NCBI GenBank assembly: GCA_029259715.1
Contig: JAJDEP010000014.1
Span: forward strand, 259,551-323,550
DNA from: Planctomycetota bacterium
GTDB taxonomy: Bacteria > Planctomycetota > B15-G4
DNA length: 64,000 bases
Direction: 5' to 3'
Part shown: positions 28,301 through 38,193 of the stretch, piece after piece
Layout of the letters: each line of letters opens with the position of its first letter
Position numbering within the stretch: position 1 is the stretch's first letter
Position numbers and translations under genes: made by a program
Notes under the pieces: generated by a model
What the model was told of the DNA's origin: nothing
Databases searched by the model: none
Seen by the model: the letters and a program-made list of their open reading frames with translations, nothing else

Positions 28301-31300
28301 TCACGATAAACCCAGCCTGGCCAGCATCTTGTAGAAGGTACGGGTTCCCACCCCCAGGCTGCGGGCAGCGGCCGCCTTGTTGCCCTGCGAGCCCTCCAGG
28401 GCCCTCAGGACCTGTTCACGCTCGAAAGCGAGAAGCCGGTCCTTGATGGATCCGTCCCCGCCCTGGGGGCTCTCGTCGCCACCGGGATCGGATCCGGGGG
28501 TTCCGCCACCGACCACCCCGGACCCGCCTCCCGCCGCTCCCCGGTCGATGGGGCCGGCCGGGCTGAGCACACGGGTCACCAACTCGAGCGAGAACGACGA
28601 GCTCTCCCGATCGAACATGAGCAGGTTGCTCACCAGGTTCTGGAGCTCGCGCACGTTGCCCGGCCAGGTGTGGCGCTCGAGCGCCCGCAGGGCTTCGGGG
28701 TCGAGCGTGCGCGGCTCGCCGTCGTGATCGGCGACGAAGTGCTCGATGAGCAACGGGACGTCCTCGACACGATCGCGCAACGGCGGCAGGTGCACCTCGG
28801 CCACGGCGAGCCGATAGAACAGGTCCTCGCGGAAGGTGCCCTCGGGGATCATCTTGCGCAGGTCGCGGTTGGTGGCGCTGAGCACACGCACGTCAACCTG
28901 CCGCTCCTCGCGACCGCCGACGGGCAGGAAGGTGCCCTCCTGCAGGACGCGCAGGAGTCGCTTCTGCACGTCGAGGCTCATGTCCCCCACCTCGTCGAGG
29001 AACAGCGTGCCGCCGTCGGCCTGCTCGAACAGGCCGCGGTGATCGCGGTCGGCGCCCGTGAACGCCCCCCGCACATGCCCGAACAGCTCGCTCTCGATCA
29101 GGTGCTCGGGGATGGCCGCGCAGTTGAGTGAGACGAAATTGGCCAGCTTGCGGGGGCCGTTGAAGTGGATCGCCCGGGCGATGAGCTCCTTGCCCGTGCC
29201 GCTCTCGCCCTGGATCACCACGGGGTACTCGGTGTCGATGATGCGATCCATCAGGTCGAGCACGTCGTGCATCTTCGGGCTGCGCGTGACGATCTGGCTG
29301 TAGTCGTACTTGAGGCTCAGGGCCCGGCGACTCGCGTCGAGGGACTCACGCACCTCCACCAGCTCGGCCTCGCGCTGGTCGAGCCGCGATTGCAGCGCAT
29401 CGTTGAGACGCGCGACCTCGTCCTGGCTCGCCCGCAGCTCGTCGTTGGTGGTGCGCAGGCCTTCCTGCAGGCGCGCGTTCTCGAGCGCGATGGTCGCCTG
29501 CTCGGCCAGGCCGGTGGCCAACTCGAGGTGGCCCTCGTCGAAGCGGGACACCACCTGGGGGTGGTCGAGGTAGATCGACCCGATACCGCGCTCCTTGATG
29601 ATCAGCGGCACGCACAGGATCGAGAGCAGCTTGAGCTCGGAGATGCTGCGGGCGGACGCCAGGCGCGGGTCGTCGATGGCGTTGTCGGTCAGGATGGGCT
29701 GCTTGCTCTGCATGACCTGACGCGAGACCGAGTGGCTGATCTCGAACTCGGGGTTGTCGATGTCGCTCTCGTCGATGTTGCGCGCCACGCGGAATTCCTG
29801 GGCGGACCCCTGGAACAGGATCAGGAAGCCCCGGGCCGCGCCCGTCATCTCGATGGCCGCGTCGACGATCAGGTCGAGCAGCTGCTGGGTGTCGTGCACG
29901 CTGTTGAGCGCCTTGGTGATCTCGGCCAGGCGTTCGAGGTTGCGGACACGTTCGGCGAATCGGGACAGAGCGGTCATGTCTTCTCCCTGGTGCTCCATCT
30001 TCGCTTGTCCAACGGCCAGCGCATCGAGTTTCTCCGACAGCGGGACCAGGTCGAGCAGCTTCACCAACAGCCGCGCGCGGTCGCCGTCCCGCTGCAGGCG
30101 CACGAGCAACCCGCCCACGACGCCGTAGTCGAGGTGGGGCTCCTGCATGGCCGCTTCCAGGCGCGCCAGGTCGACGGTGCCCCGGTCGACGAGCCCCGCC
30201 GCCTCCACGGGGCCGTCCGGGGACTCGCCCAGGATCGTGTGGGCCAGCTCGAAGTCGGCATCCGCCTCCGCCGCCCGGGCCTGCCGTTCACGCCCGACCG
30301 CCCGGGTGAACAGCAGCGCCGCCAGGTGGGGCCCGCGTTCCTCGACGGTCGCATCCACGTCCTCGAGATCGTCGGCGCCACACCGTCCCAGCAGCGCCCG
30401 TGCCACGAGCTGCTCCTCCCGATGGCCGACGGAGCGGGCCTGCTCGAGGGCCGCCTGCGCCGAGGCTCGAGCCGCCTCGCGGTCCCCCTCGTAGAGCTCG
30501 ATGCGCGCCAGCTGCAGGCGCGACTTGATCTCATACTCGGGCACCGTGACCCGGGTGAGCAGCTCGCGCGCGCGCTCGATGTCCGCGCGCGCCTCGGCCG
30601 GTCGCCCCCGGAGCAGGCGCCAGTGGCCGCGCGTCGTGAGGACGATGGCCTGGCCCCGGTCGTCACCGCGCGCGGCGCGGATGGTGAGGCTGCGCTCGAA
30701 GGCCTCTTCCGCCTCGTCGAGACGGCCTTCCGACGCCAGTGCCCGGCCGGTGTTGTTGTGCACCACGGCCTGCAACCACTCGTCGCCGATCCGCTCGGCC
30801 AGGGCCAGCGAGCGCTGGAACTGCCGGCGCGCCGTGTCGACGCGTCCCAACTCGAGCCAGCCGATGCCCAGGCCGTTGAGCGCGTGCGCCAGGCCGAGGG
30901 AATTGCCCGCCATCTCCATGCGTCGGGCGGCCTCTTCCTGGATGGCCAGGCCCCGCCGCCGCTCACCGCGCACGCGCACGATGCGTCCGAGGTTGCTCAT
31001 CATCGGGCCGATGAGCACGTCCTGGCCGAGCTCCTTGGCCATGGAGATGGACGACTCGAGCTGAACCATGGCCTCGTCGTGGTGTCCCAGCTTCTCCTCG
31101 ATCAAGCCCACCCGCGCGCGGATCATCATGGTGCGGCGATGCGGGCGCGCGCCCTGCCGGCGCATGGCTTCGCGCATGTCGCGCAGGGCTTCCTCGGAGC
31201 GGCCCAGGATGTCGAGGGCATCCGCGCGCGTCTCGAGCAACAGGGCGGCGTCCGCGTCCGCCAGGGGATCGGCGTCGACGTCGATGAGCAGGTCGATGGC

Positions 31301-33370
31301 GTCGTTGGCGCGCCCGCGCAGGATCTGGATGCGGGCTTCGCGCTGGGTCAGGCCCACGTCACCGGGGAGTCGGCGGCGGGCCTCTTCGACCGTCGACAAG
31401 GCGGCGTCGTAGTCGGCCGCCCGGATGGTCACGTCGATCAGGTCGAGCCATACCGCCCGCGCTCCGACGTCCTCCAGCGCCACACCCTTCACGCCGCGAC
31501 GCAACAGGCCCATGGCCCGCTCGAGGCGCCCCACCCGCCGGAGCTGCTCGGCCGCCCGCCGGATCAAGGCGCGCGTGGCGACGCCGTCGCCGTCCTCGGG
31601 CGGGTGATCGCCGAGGACGTCCGCGACAGCGACCGCCGCCGCCGCATCGAGGGGTTCGATGTCGAAGCGTTGCGCCAGGGCCACGCGATGGGCCGCGGAC
31701 ACGTCCACCCCCGCGCGGAGCTGACGACGCAGGCGCTCGTCGGCCGGCGAATAGAGGTCCTCGGGCTGCGACCGCTCCCGCCGCAGGATGCCCCGGGCCA
31801 CCAGGGCGGCGAGTGCCGCACCGACGTCCCGCCCGAGGACCTCGGCGCACGCCCCCGCGGAGAGCGGGCGCGGACACAGGGCCAGCACGCTCAGTAGTTC
31901 CTTGTCGAGGCCCGTGAGCAATTCGTCGAGGTCACCCTCGGAGGCCACGGGCCACTCGGCGGCGAGTCGGCCCTCGTGCACGCCCACGCCCTGCGCACCG
32001 CGCACGACGACGCCGCGCATGGGCAGCGCGCCGAGGGCGCCCACCAGCTCGCCGTGCTCGCGCAGCGGTGTCGCTTCGAGGCGCTCTTCGAGCACGGGCT
32101 GACGACCGATCCACTCGCGCAGCACCTCGATGTCCTCCCCGGGCGCCAGGCCGGCGCCGGCGCGCAGCCTCAGCCCGCGCACGTCCGCGAGCTGCCGCGC
32201 GACCGCGTCTCGAGACCGCGCCGCCCGCTCGTCGGGCGCCGCCGCGCGCCCGATGGAAACCACCAACGGCCGACACTCGGCCAGGGCCTCGATCAATCCG
32301 GCGAGATCGGCGGCACTCGCCCGGCCCGTGCGCACTTCGGCCGCGGCGAGACGCGCGGACAGGCGCGCCGGCGCCGCGTCGACCGTGGCCGCGAGGGCAA
32401 CCAGCTGCGACATGGCCTGACCCAGCGATGTCTCCGGCGCCGCAAACGGTGCGAGCCAGACCGCGCCGCCGGCCACGGCGTCCAGCCGGGCCGAGCGCTG
32501 AGAATCGTGACGGGCCAGCGCTGCCGAGAGTTTGCCGACCAGGGCGGCCTGCTCCTCGCCTTCGACCAGCGCCGGCGCCGCACCCGGCAGCGACGCGATG
32601 GCCTCAAAGCCATCGGCCGGACGCACGGCCGGATCCGGATGGAGCAGGCGCTCGAGCAGCGCGATCAGGTCCGCGTCCCCCACCCGCGCGGCCGCCTCGG
32701 ACGGCAGTCCGGCGAAGGCCTCGCGCTCGGCCGCCATCCCCGCCGGATCGCTGGCCGAGAAGAGCAGGTGCCCGGTGAGCCCCTCGGCCAGGACGAGCCC
32801 CACCGCCCACAGGTCACTGGACGTCGACGGCGCCTGCCCCCGCAGCAACTCGGGCGCCATGTTCCGGGGGGTGCCGGCGAGGGGACGCGCAGCGGCCTCC
32901 TCCCGCGGACACGACAGACCCAGGTCGAGGATCACGGGACGGCCGGTGGCCCTTTCGAGGCGCACGTTGTCGGGCTTCAGGTCGCGATGCAGCAACCCCA
33001 GTTCGTGCAGGAAGCCCACGGCCGAGAGCAGCTGCACCGCCAGGGTGACGCCGTCGCGGCGCGCCGCGCCGCCCCCCCCCTCACCCGCCGTGCCCGGCCC
33101 GAAGGCCACGCCTTCCACGTACTCGGTGACGGTGTAGATCCTGCCCGAGCCGGGGAGGCGATTGGCATCCAGGCAGGCCACCAGACCGGGGTGGCGCACC
33201 CCCAGCAGCGCCATCTCCGCCGCTGCCTGATCCTCGCTCTCGGGGCCGTGCAGCTTGAGCGCCACCTGCCGCCCGCCTGCGTCTCCGGCGCGCCAGACCT
33301 CGGCGCCGTCGGCGCGCGACAGGCATTCCTCGAGGCGATATCCGGCGACGCGGGGAGCGTTCATGACCAC
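28301..33370 (-). CDS. multidomain regulator: N-terminal Ser/Thr kinase, helical/TPR-like region, GAF, sigma-54-interaction AAA+ domain, Fis-type HTH (NtrC-family enhancer-binding protein fused to an STK)
   Basis: Kinase: [22 protein letters not shown]: [40 protein letters not shown]: [32 protein letters not shown]: [23 protein letters not shown]. Confidence 0.85.
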   Translation of the reverse strand: MVMNAPRVAGYRLEECLSRADGAEVWRAGDAGGRQVALKLHGPESEDQAAAEMALLGVRHPGLVACLDANRLPGSGRIYTVTEYVEGVAFGPGTAGEGGGGAARRDGVTLAVQLLSAVGFLHELGLLHRDLKPDNVRLERATGRPVILDLGLSCPREEAAARPLAGTPRNMAPELLRGQAPSTSSDLWAVGLVLAEGLTGHLLFSASDPAGMAAEREAFAGLPSEAAARVGDADLIALLERLLHPDPAVRPADGFEAIASLPGAAPALVEGEEQAALVGKLSAALARHDSQRSARLDAVAGGAVWLAPFAAPETSLGQAMSQLVALAATVDAAPARLSARLAAAEVRTGRASAADLAGLIEALAECRPLVVSIGRAAAPDERAARSRDAVARQLADVRGLRLRAGAGLAPGEDIEVLREWIGRQPVLEERLEATPLREHGELVGALGALPMRGVVVRGAQGVGVHEGRLAAEWPVASEGDLDELLTGLDKELLSVLALCPRPLSAGACAEVLGRDVGAALAALVARGILRRERSQPEDLYSPADERLRRQLRAGVDVSAAHRVALAQRFDIEPLDAAAAVAVADVLGDHPPEDGDGVATRALIRRAAEQLRRVGRLERAMGLLRRGVKGVALEDVGARAVWLDLIDVTIRAADYDAALSTVEEARRRLPGDVGLTQREARIQILRGRANDAIDLLIDVDADPLADADAALLLETRADALDILGRSEEALRDMREAMRRQGARPHRRTMMIRARVGLIEEKLGHHDEAMVQLESSISMAKELGQDVLIGPMMSNLGRIVRVRGERRRGLAIQEEAARRMEMAGNSLGLAHALNGLGIGWLELGRVDTARRQFQRSLALAERIGDEWLQAVVHNNTGRALASEGRLDEAEEAFERSLTIRAARGDDRGQAIVLTTRGHWRLLRGRPAEARADIERARELLTRVTVPEYEIKSRLQLARIELYEGDREAARASAQAALEQARSVGHREEQLVARALLGRCGADDLEDVDATVEERGPHLAALLFTRAVGRERQARAAEADADFELAHTILGESPDGPVEAAGLVDRGTVDLARLEAAMQEPHLDYGVVGGLLVRLQRDGDRARLLVKLLDLVPLSEKLDALAVGQAKMEHQGEDMTALSRFAERVRNLERLAEITKALNSVHDTQQLLDLIVDAAIEMTGAARGFLILFQGSAQEFRVARNIDESDIDNPEFEISHSVSRQVMQSKQPILTDNAIDDPRLASARSISELKLLSILCVPLIIKERGIGSIYLDHPQVVSRFDEGHLELATGLAEQATIALENARLQEGLRTTNDELRASQDEVARLNDALQSRLDQREAELVEVRESLDASRRALSLKYDYSQIVTRSPKMHDVLDLMDRIIDTEYPVVIQGESGTGKELIARAIHFNGPRKLANFVSLNCAAIPEHLIESELFGHVRGAFTGADRDHRGLFEQADGGTLFLDEVGDMSLDVQKRLLRVLQEGTFLPVGGREERQVDVRVLSATNRDLRKMIPEGTFREDLFYRLAVAEVHLPPLRDRVEDVPLLIEHFVADHDGEPRTLDPEALRALERHTWPGNVRELQNLVSNLLMFDRESSSFSLELVTRVLSPAGPIDRGAAGGGSGVVGGGTPGSDPGGDESPQGGDGSIKDRLLAFEREQVLRALEGSQGNKAAAARSLGVGTRTFYKMLARLGLS

Positions 33371-33478
33371 CTCAGGGGACCCACAACCCCCTCAACGATA
33401 CGCCGCGAAGCAGGGCGAGGCATGCGGCGAGCGGGATCCTCGTGGCGGACTCGGGGCGACAGGCTCACGCAGCGAGGC

Positions 33479-35014
33479 TCATCGAGGCGGCGTCGGCGGG
33501 GGATTCGGCGGCAGGCCCGGGGGCGCATTGGGCACGGGCTTCGGGCCGCCCCCCGAGGTGTCCATGGCGTTCACCAGGCGGCGCAAGCGCGCCATGGGCG
33601 GCACCTGCCCGGCGAGGGGCGCGGTCAGGTCGACGCGCGAGGCGGCATCCACTCCCTTCTTCAGGATGTAGAGGGCGCACGAACGCAGCGGCATGGGCAG
33701 CGACTCGTCCTCCAGCATGGCGAGTGCCTTCGAGGCCAATGGACCGTCGAGCAGTTCGAGGTAGCCCTCGACCAGGGCCGGGTGCACCGGCTGGCGCGTG
33801 ATGTTGCGCACGAACCACTCGCGCTGCCGGCGCTCCACCTTCTTCTCGATGATGCGCACCTTGGGGTCGACACCCGTCTGGCCCAGCAGCCGAGCGATGT
33901 CGTCGCGCCACTGGGTCCCGAACGAGGCGTCAGTGATGCGTTGCCGCAGGTCGGTGCCGCCCTCACCGAGGTCGGCCACCAGGCCCCGGCCGGTCTTGGC
34001 GATGCGCTCCATGGACTTGCGCGTCTCGACCATGCGATCCGAGCCGCCGAGACCGTCGGCGGTGCCGGTGTAGAGCACGTTGACGAGCGAATTGTCGTCC
34101 CGCGCGAAGCGGCGGATGGTCGACAGCAGCGGCGAGACCCTGTCTTCGTGGGGCGGCGCATCGCCCACCAGGATGATCACGCGCCGCGCCTCAGCGCGCC
34201 ACGCGAGCTGTTCCGCCGCCACGGTGACGCCGACGTCCACGGCCTCGGGGAAGTCGCCGCCCCCGACCGCGTCGAGGTCGAGCAGGAAATTCTGGATCTG
34301 GTAGCGGTCATCCGACAGGTCGACGTGCCGGGAGATCCACGCGTCGTCGGCGTCGCGGTAGGCGACGAGCCCGAGGCGCAGGCTCGGCACCACCGTCGCC
34401 AGGTCCACGATGATGTCGTCGATGGTGGCGCGCGCCGCGGCGATGAAGGGCCCCATGCTGGCCGTCGCGTCCACCACGAAGACGACGTCGAGGCCCCGAC
34501 CGCGCAGATCGATCACGAATTGCTGGAAAGGGGAGGCACCGCCGCCGAGACCGAGATCGGAGGTCTCCGAAGGAGCCGCCACGAGGCCGCCGCCCGTCCC
34601 GCCCCCGCCTCCGCCGAAGCCGCCCCCCACGCCGAGCACGTCGAGCCCCGGCGGTTCGTCCAGGTCCGATTCCTCGGACGCCACCGGGTCGGGCAGGACT
34701 TCCTCGGGATCCTGGGGCGTGTCGTCCAGGTCGTCATCCGAGGGCGGCGTCCATTCCTCGGTCTCGAGCACCGTCGAGCGGATCTCCAGGGGCTTGATCA
34801 GGCCACCGTCGGGCTCCCCAGGGAGCAGCGAGAGCAGGACGAAGGCGACGACGTGCAGCAGCGCCGCCACCACGAAACTGGGCACCGCTCGCCCTATCTG
34901 TACGCGCCGCTCGACCTGCTGGCGTTGCTCCCGACCGGTGGTGGCCACCGCGGGCAGTGAGCGGCCGCGGCCACCCCACCGGCGCTTTCCATCCTTCGGG
35001 CTCTCAGCGGACAT
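33479..35014 (-). CDS. membrane-anchored von Willebrand factor A (vWA) domain protein with acidic/Gly-rich linker
   Basis: TM VPSFVVAALLHVVAFVLLSLL. MIDAS DATASM. VIILVGDAPPHE. Start set at ATG 35014 (MSAESPK), because the ORF-track GTG at 35089 would lie 20 nt from the divergent rsmD start. Confidence 0.65.
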   Translation of the reverse strand: MSAESPKDGKRRWGGRGRSLPAVATTGREQRQQVERRVQIGRAVPSFVVAALLHVVAFVLLSLLPGEPDGGLIKPLEIRSTVLETEEWTPPSDDDLDDTPQDPEEVLPDPVASEESDLDEPPGLDVLGVGGGFGGGGGGTGGGLVAAPSETSDLGLGGGASPFQQFVIDLRGRGLDVVFVVDATASMGPFIAAARATIDDIIVDLATVVPSLRLGLVAYRDADDAWISRHVDLSDDRYQIQNFLLDLDAVGGGDFPEAVDVGVTVAAEQLAWRAEARRVIILVGDAPPHEDRVSPLLSTIRRFARDDNSLVNVLYTGTADGLGGSDRMVETRKSMERIAKTGRGLVADLGEGGTDLRQRITDASFGTQWRDDIARLLGQTGVDPKVRIIEKKVERRQREWFVRNITRQPVHPALVEGYLELLDGPLASKALAMLEDESLPMPLRSCALYILKKGVDAASRVDLTAPLAGQVPPMARLRRLVNAMDTSGGGPKPVPNAPPGLPPNPPPTPPR

Positions 35015-35109
35015 CGCGATCTCGTCTGCGCGTCGCGCTACCATCAGTCCGACACCGGTGCCGCGGGGCGTCCCGCTCGGACCGGCCACCCGATCGCGCG
35101 AGTCCGTCC

Positions 35110-35667
35110 GTGCCGACCCGCTCCTCCCCGACGATCATCGCGGGCGCCTTCAAGGGGCGCCGGCTCGACGTGCCGACGGGCAGCCCCGTGCGACCGACGC
35201 GCTCGCTCGTCCGCGGCGCCCTGTACGACATGATCGGTCCGCGGGTGCAGGACTCGGTGGTGCTCGACCTCTTCGCCGGCGCCGGCGTGCTCGGCCTCGA
35301 AGCGCTCAGCCGCGGCGCACGCCATTGCCTCTTCGTGGAGCGCGACCGTCGCGCGCTCTCGGCGCTGCGCGCCAACATCGCCGCCTGCGGTGTGTCGAAG
35401 GACGCCTTCACCTTGCTCCCGATGGACGCCGACCACGTCAGCGTGCCGCCGTCGACGGTGGTCGACCTGTTGCTGCTCGACCCGCCGTTCGCCCGGTCGG
35501 ATCCCCTGCCTGCCACGGTTGCATCGAGCCTGGTCACTTCCGAAGACGTCCTCGTTGCTCTGCATGCACCGTCTGAGCGCCCGGCGCCGCCCCGGGTCGG
35601 TCCCTGGAGTCTGCAGCGCGAGCGCCGCCATGGGCGGTCCCTACTCTGCCTCTATGCTCCGGCATGA
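35110..35667 (+). CDS. rsmD: 16S rRNA (guanine966-N2)-methyltransferase
   Basis: IIAGAFKGRRL, VLDLFAGAGVLGLEALSRGA, LLLDPPF. GTG start (VPTRSSPTIIAG). Confidence 0.75.
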   Translation: MPTRSSPTIIAGAFKGRRLDVPTGSPVRPTRSLVRGALYDMIGPRVQDSVVLDLFAGAGVLGLEALSRGARHCLFVERDRRALSALRANIAACGVSKDAFTLLPMDADHVSVPPSTVVDLLLLDPPFARSDPLPATVASSLVTSEDVLVALHAPSERPAPPRVGPWSLQRERRHGRSLLCLYAPA

Positions 35668-35801
35668 GGCTCGGCGCACCGCCCCGAATCCCGCTGGGTC
35701 GTCGAATTGTGGAGGAAAAGGGGTCGTCGATCGGCCTCAAGATACTCATGCGTTCTCTTCGATACATCAGGCACACCCGGACGGTCACCCCGCAGCCTTT
35801 C

Positions 35802-35999
35802 ATGACAGACGCCTCAGACCTCCCGCACTACACCGACCTGCGCGACCAGCTCGCGCGCCTCACGGCCGATGCCCCCCTCGAAGGGGGAGCCAGCCCCGAG
35901 GTGGTCGACGCCTGGAGGGTCTACGTCCACGATCTCCCGGACGAGCTCCTGGACGAAGAGTTGGTGCGGCTGCTCGAGCTCGTTCACCATAAGCTGTAG
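35802..35999 (+). CDS. small acidic hypothetical protein (65 aa)
   Basis: High GC3 in frame. Preceded by a lower-GC stretch (35700-35800) consistent with a promoter/RBS region. Confidence 0.4.
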   Translation: MTDASDLPHYTDLRDQLARLTADAPLEGGASPEVVDAWRVYVHDLPDELLDEELVRLLELVHHKL

Positions 36000-36086
36000 C
36001 CCCGCGCCTCCGCCCCGCGGACCTCGACGGTCCCGAGGGTCCTGCGCCCGCTCGCTTCCCGCCCGCCGTTCGGACGCACGCTCTCC

Positions 36087-37025
36087 GTGTCCACCCGCCC
36101 CCTGTCGCTCAAGCTCGACCCGCGTCCCGTCGCGCGTCCCTGGGGTGGTGTGCGCATCCCGCCCCTGTTCGGCTGGACGCCTCCTGCCGGCGAGCCGTGT
36201 GGCGAGTGGTGGCTGGCCAGCTGTCACCCCGGCGCCGAGACCATGCTCTCGGATCACGCTGTCGACCTGGCTCAATGGATCGACGCGGAAGGCCACGCCC
36301 TGGGCTACACGGCGGCGACGTTCCCGCTCCTGGTGAAGTTCCTCGACTCCGAGCAGGTGCTCTCGGTGCAGGTGCACCCCAGCGACGAGGTGGCCCGACG
36401 GCAGGGTTTGCCCCGCGGCAAGACCGAGGCCTGGCACGTGCTCTCCGCCGAGGCGGGCGCCGGCGTGTACCTCGGTACGGCCGATGGCATCACGGCCCAC
36501 GAATTCGTCGAGCGCGTGGCGGCCGGGGCCGGCGACGAGGAGGTCCGCAGCCTGCTGCGGCGGGTGCCCGTCACCGCCGGCGACACGCTGCTGGTGGAGG
36601 CCGGCACCATCCACGCCCTCGACGGCGGTCTGGCCCTCTACGAGCTGCAGCAGAATTCCGACACCACCTACCGCATCCACGATTGGGGCCGCGGCCGGGA
36701 ATTGCACCTCGACCGCGCCCGCGAGGCCGTGGTCGATCACCCCCCCGCCCTGCCGCTGCGCAGCGCCTTCCGACCCGATGAATGGCAGCCGCTCGTGCGC
36801 GGCCACGCCTTCACTTTCTGGCGCGGCCGGCCCGAATACGAGCTCGAGTTCGCGCCCATGGGGCCCTTCGGCCTGCTGACCGTCATCGGGGGCAAGGGTG
36901 AGCTGGCCTCGGGCCACGAGAGCCTCGACCTCGTCGCCGGCGACACGGTCTTCGTGGTGGGCGAGGCCGTCCTCACCGGCGACGACCTCGACGTGCTCGC
37001 GGTGGAACCGCCGCCGCGCCGCTAG
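36087..37025 (+). CDS. type I phosphomannose isomerase (cupin, ManA-like)
   Basis: RPWGG, FLVKFLDSEQVLSVQVHP, KTEAWHVL, YRIHDWGR motifs. Confidence 0.75.
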   Translation: MSTRPLSLKLDPRPVARPWGGVRIPPLFGWTPPAGEPCGEWWLASCHPGAETMLSDHAVDLAQWIDAEGHALGYTAATFPLLVKFLDSEQVLSVQVHPSDEVARRQGLPRGKTEAWHVLSAEAGAGVYLGTADGITAHEFVERVAAGAGDEEVRSLLRRVPVTAGDTLLVEAGTIHALDGGLALYELQQNSDTTYRIHDWGRGRELHLDRAREAVVDHPPALPLRSAFRPDEWQPLVRGHAFTFWRGRPEYELEFAPMGPFGLLTVIGGKGELASGHESLDLVAGDTVFVVGEAVLTGDDLDVLAVEPPPRR

Positions 37026-37080
37026 TCCGATCCGGCCGCATCGCTGGCCCGGGCCACCGCATCCGTGGTATCGAAGGGCG

Positions 37081-38193
37081 ATGGCACGTCAACGACTGCA
37101 GAAGTTCATGGCCGCGTGTGGGCTCGCCTCGCGACGGGCCTGCGAGGAGATCATCGCCTCGGGCCGGGTCGAGGTGGACGGCGAGATCGTCGTCACTCCC
37201 GGCACCCTGGTCGATCCCGACAGCCAGGACATCCGCTGCGACGGCTCCCGCATCAAGACCCGCAGGCTGCTCTACTACCTGCTGAACAAGCCCAAGGGCG
37301 TGATCTGCTCGGCGAAGAGCGCGCCCGACAAGCCGCGCGCCATCGACTACGTGCCCCCGGAGGCCGAGGGCGAGCGCCTGTTCACCATCGGCCGTCTCGA
37401 CGTGGCGTCCGAGGGCGCGATCATCATGACCAACGACGGCGACCTGGCCCACAAGGTCAGCCACCCGCGCTTCGAGGTCGAGAAGACCTACCGCGTCGAG
37501 GTCGAAGGCGTGCCCGAGACGAGCACCCTGGCCCGCATGCGCAAGGGCGTCTGGCTCTCCGAGGGTCGCACCGGACCCGTGCGCGTCGAGCTGCTCAAGA
37601 GCGCGCGCGACAAGTCCGTGCTCGAGATGCGCATCAAGGAGGGCCGCCAGCGCGAGGTGCGCCGCATCTGCGCGCGCTTCGGCCACGAGGTGCGGCGGCT
37701 CGTGCGCATCTCCGTCGGCCCGGTGGAATTGGGTCGGCTACCCCGCGGACACGTGCGCGTGCTGACGCCCGCCGAGATCGACGCCCTGCGGGACACCACC
37801 GACGTCGTCATCCGCCTGGGCAGCCCACGGGCCTCGGCCGCGAGCCGCACCAAGGGCGGGGCGCGGCGCCGCGGCCAGCGACCCGACGTCGCCGGCTCGC
37901 AGCGCAAGCCCGCCACCCGCAAGAAATCGACGCGCAAGAAGCCGGCTCCCAAGGCGCCGGCGTCCAAGTCGCCCGCGGGCAAGCAGCCCGCCGGTCGCAA
38001 ACCCGCGGGACGCAAGCCGGTCGGCAAAAAGCCCGCCGGCCGCAAGCCCGCAGGCCGCAAACCGGCAGGCAAGAAGCCCGCAGGCCGCAAACCGGCAGGC
38101 AAGAAGCCCGCCGGAAAACGGCCGGCCGCACGCAAGCCGGCGCCCAAGCGCTCCGGCGGCAAGCCCGGCAAGAGTCGCGGCCGCTCCCGCTAG
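37081..38193 (+). CDS. RluB/RsuA-family 23S rRNA pseudouridine synthase with S4 domain and C-terminal Lys/Pro-rich repeat tail
   Basis: S4: RLQKFMAACGLASRRACEEII. Catalytic GRLDVASEGAIIMTNDG. A KPAGR-type 15-nt coding repeat forms the tail. Confidence 0.8.
   Translation: MARQRLQKFMAACGLASRRACEEIIASGRVEVDGEIVVTPGTLVDPDSQDIRCDGSRIKTRRLLYYLLNKPKGVICSAKSAPDKPRAIDYVPPEAEGERLFTIGRLDVASEGAIIMTNDGDLAHKVSHPRFEVEKTYRVEVEGVPETSTLARMRKGVWLSEGRTGPVRVELLKSARDKSVLEMRIKEGRQREVRRICARFGHEVRRLVRISVGPVELGRLPRGHVRVLTPAEIDALRDTTDVVIRLGSPRASAASRTKGGARRRGQRPDVAGSQRKPATRKKSTRKKPAPKAPASKSPAGKQPAGRKPAGRKPVGKKPAGRKPAGRKPAGKKPAGRKPAGKKPAGKRPAARKPAPKRSGGKPGKSRGRSR
37960..38150 (+). repeat. approx. 15-bp in-frame tandem repeat encoding (KPAGR/KKPAG)n tail
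   Basis: Protein tail PAGRKPAGRKPVGKKPAGRKPAGRKPAGKKPAGRKPAGKKPAGKRPAARKPAPK. The DNA shows repeated cccgc(a/c)ggccgcaa(a/g)cc units. Coordinates are approximate. Confidence 0.7.

Noticed and set aside
29165-34960. 910-aa and 994-aa + strand ORFs
   Set aside because: Antisense to the STK-sigma54 activator and vWA genes. Composition typical of GC-rich antisense frames.
35015-35089. GTG start at 35089 for the vWA gene
   Set aside because: It would leave only 20 nt before the divergent rsmD start. The internal ATGs at 35044/35014 are more plausible.
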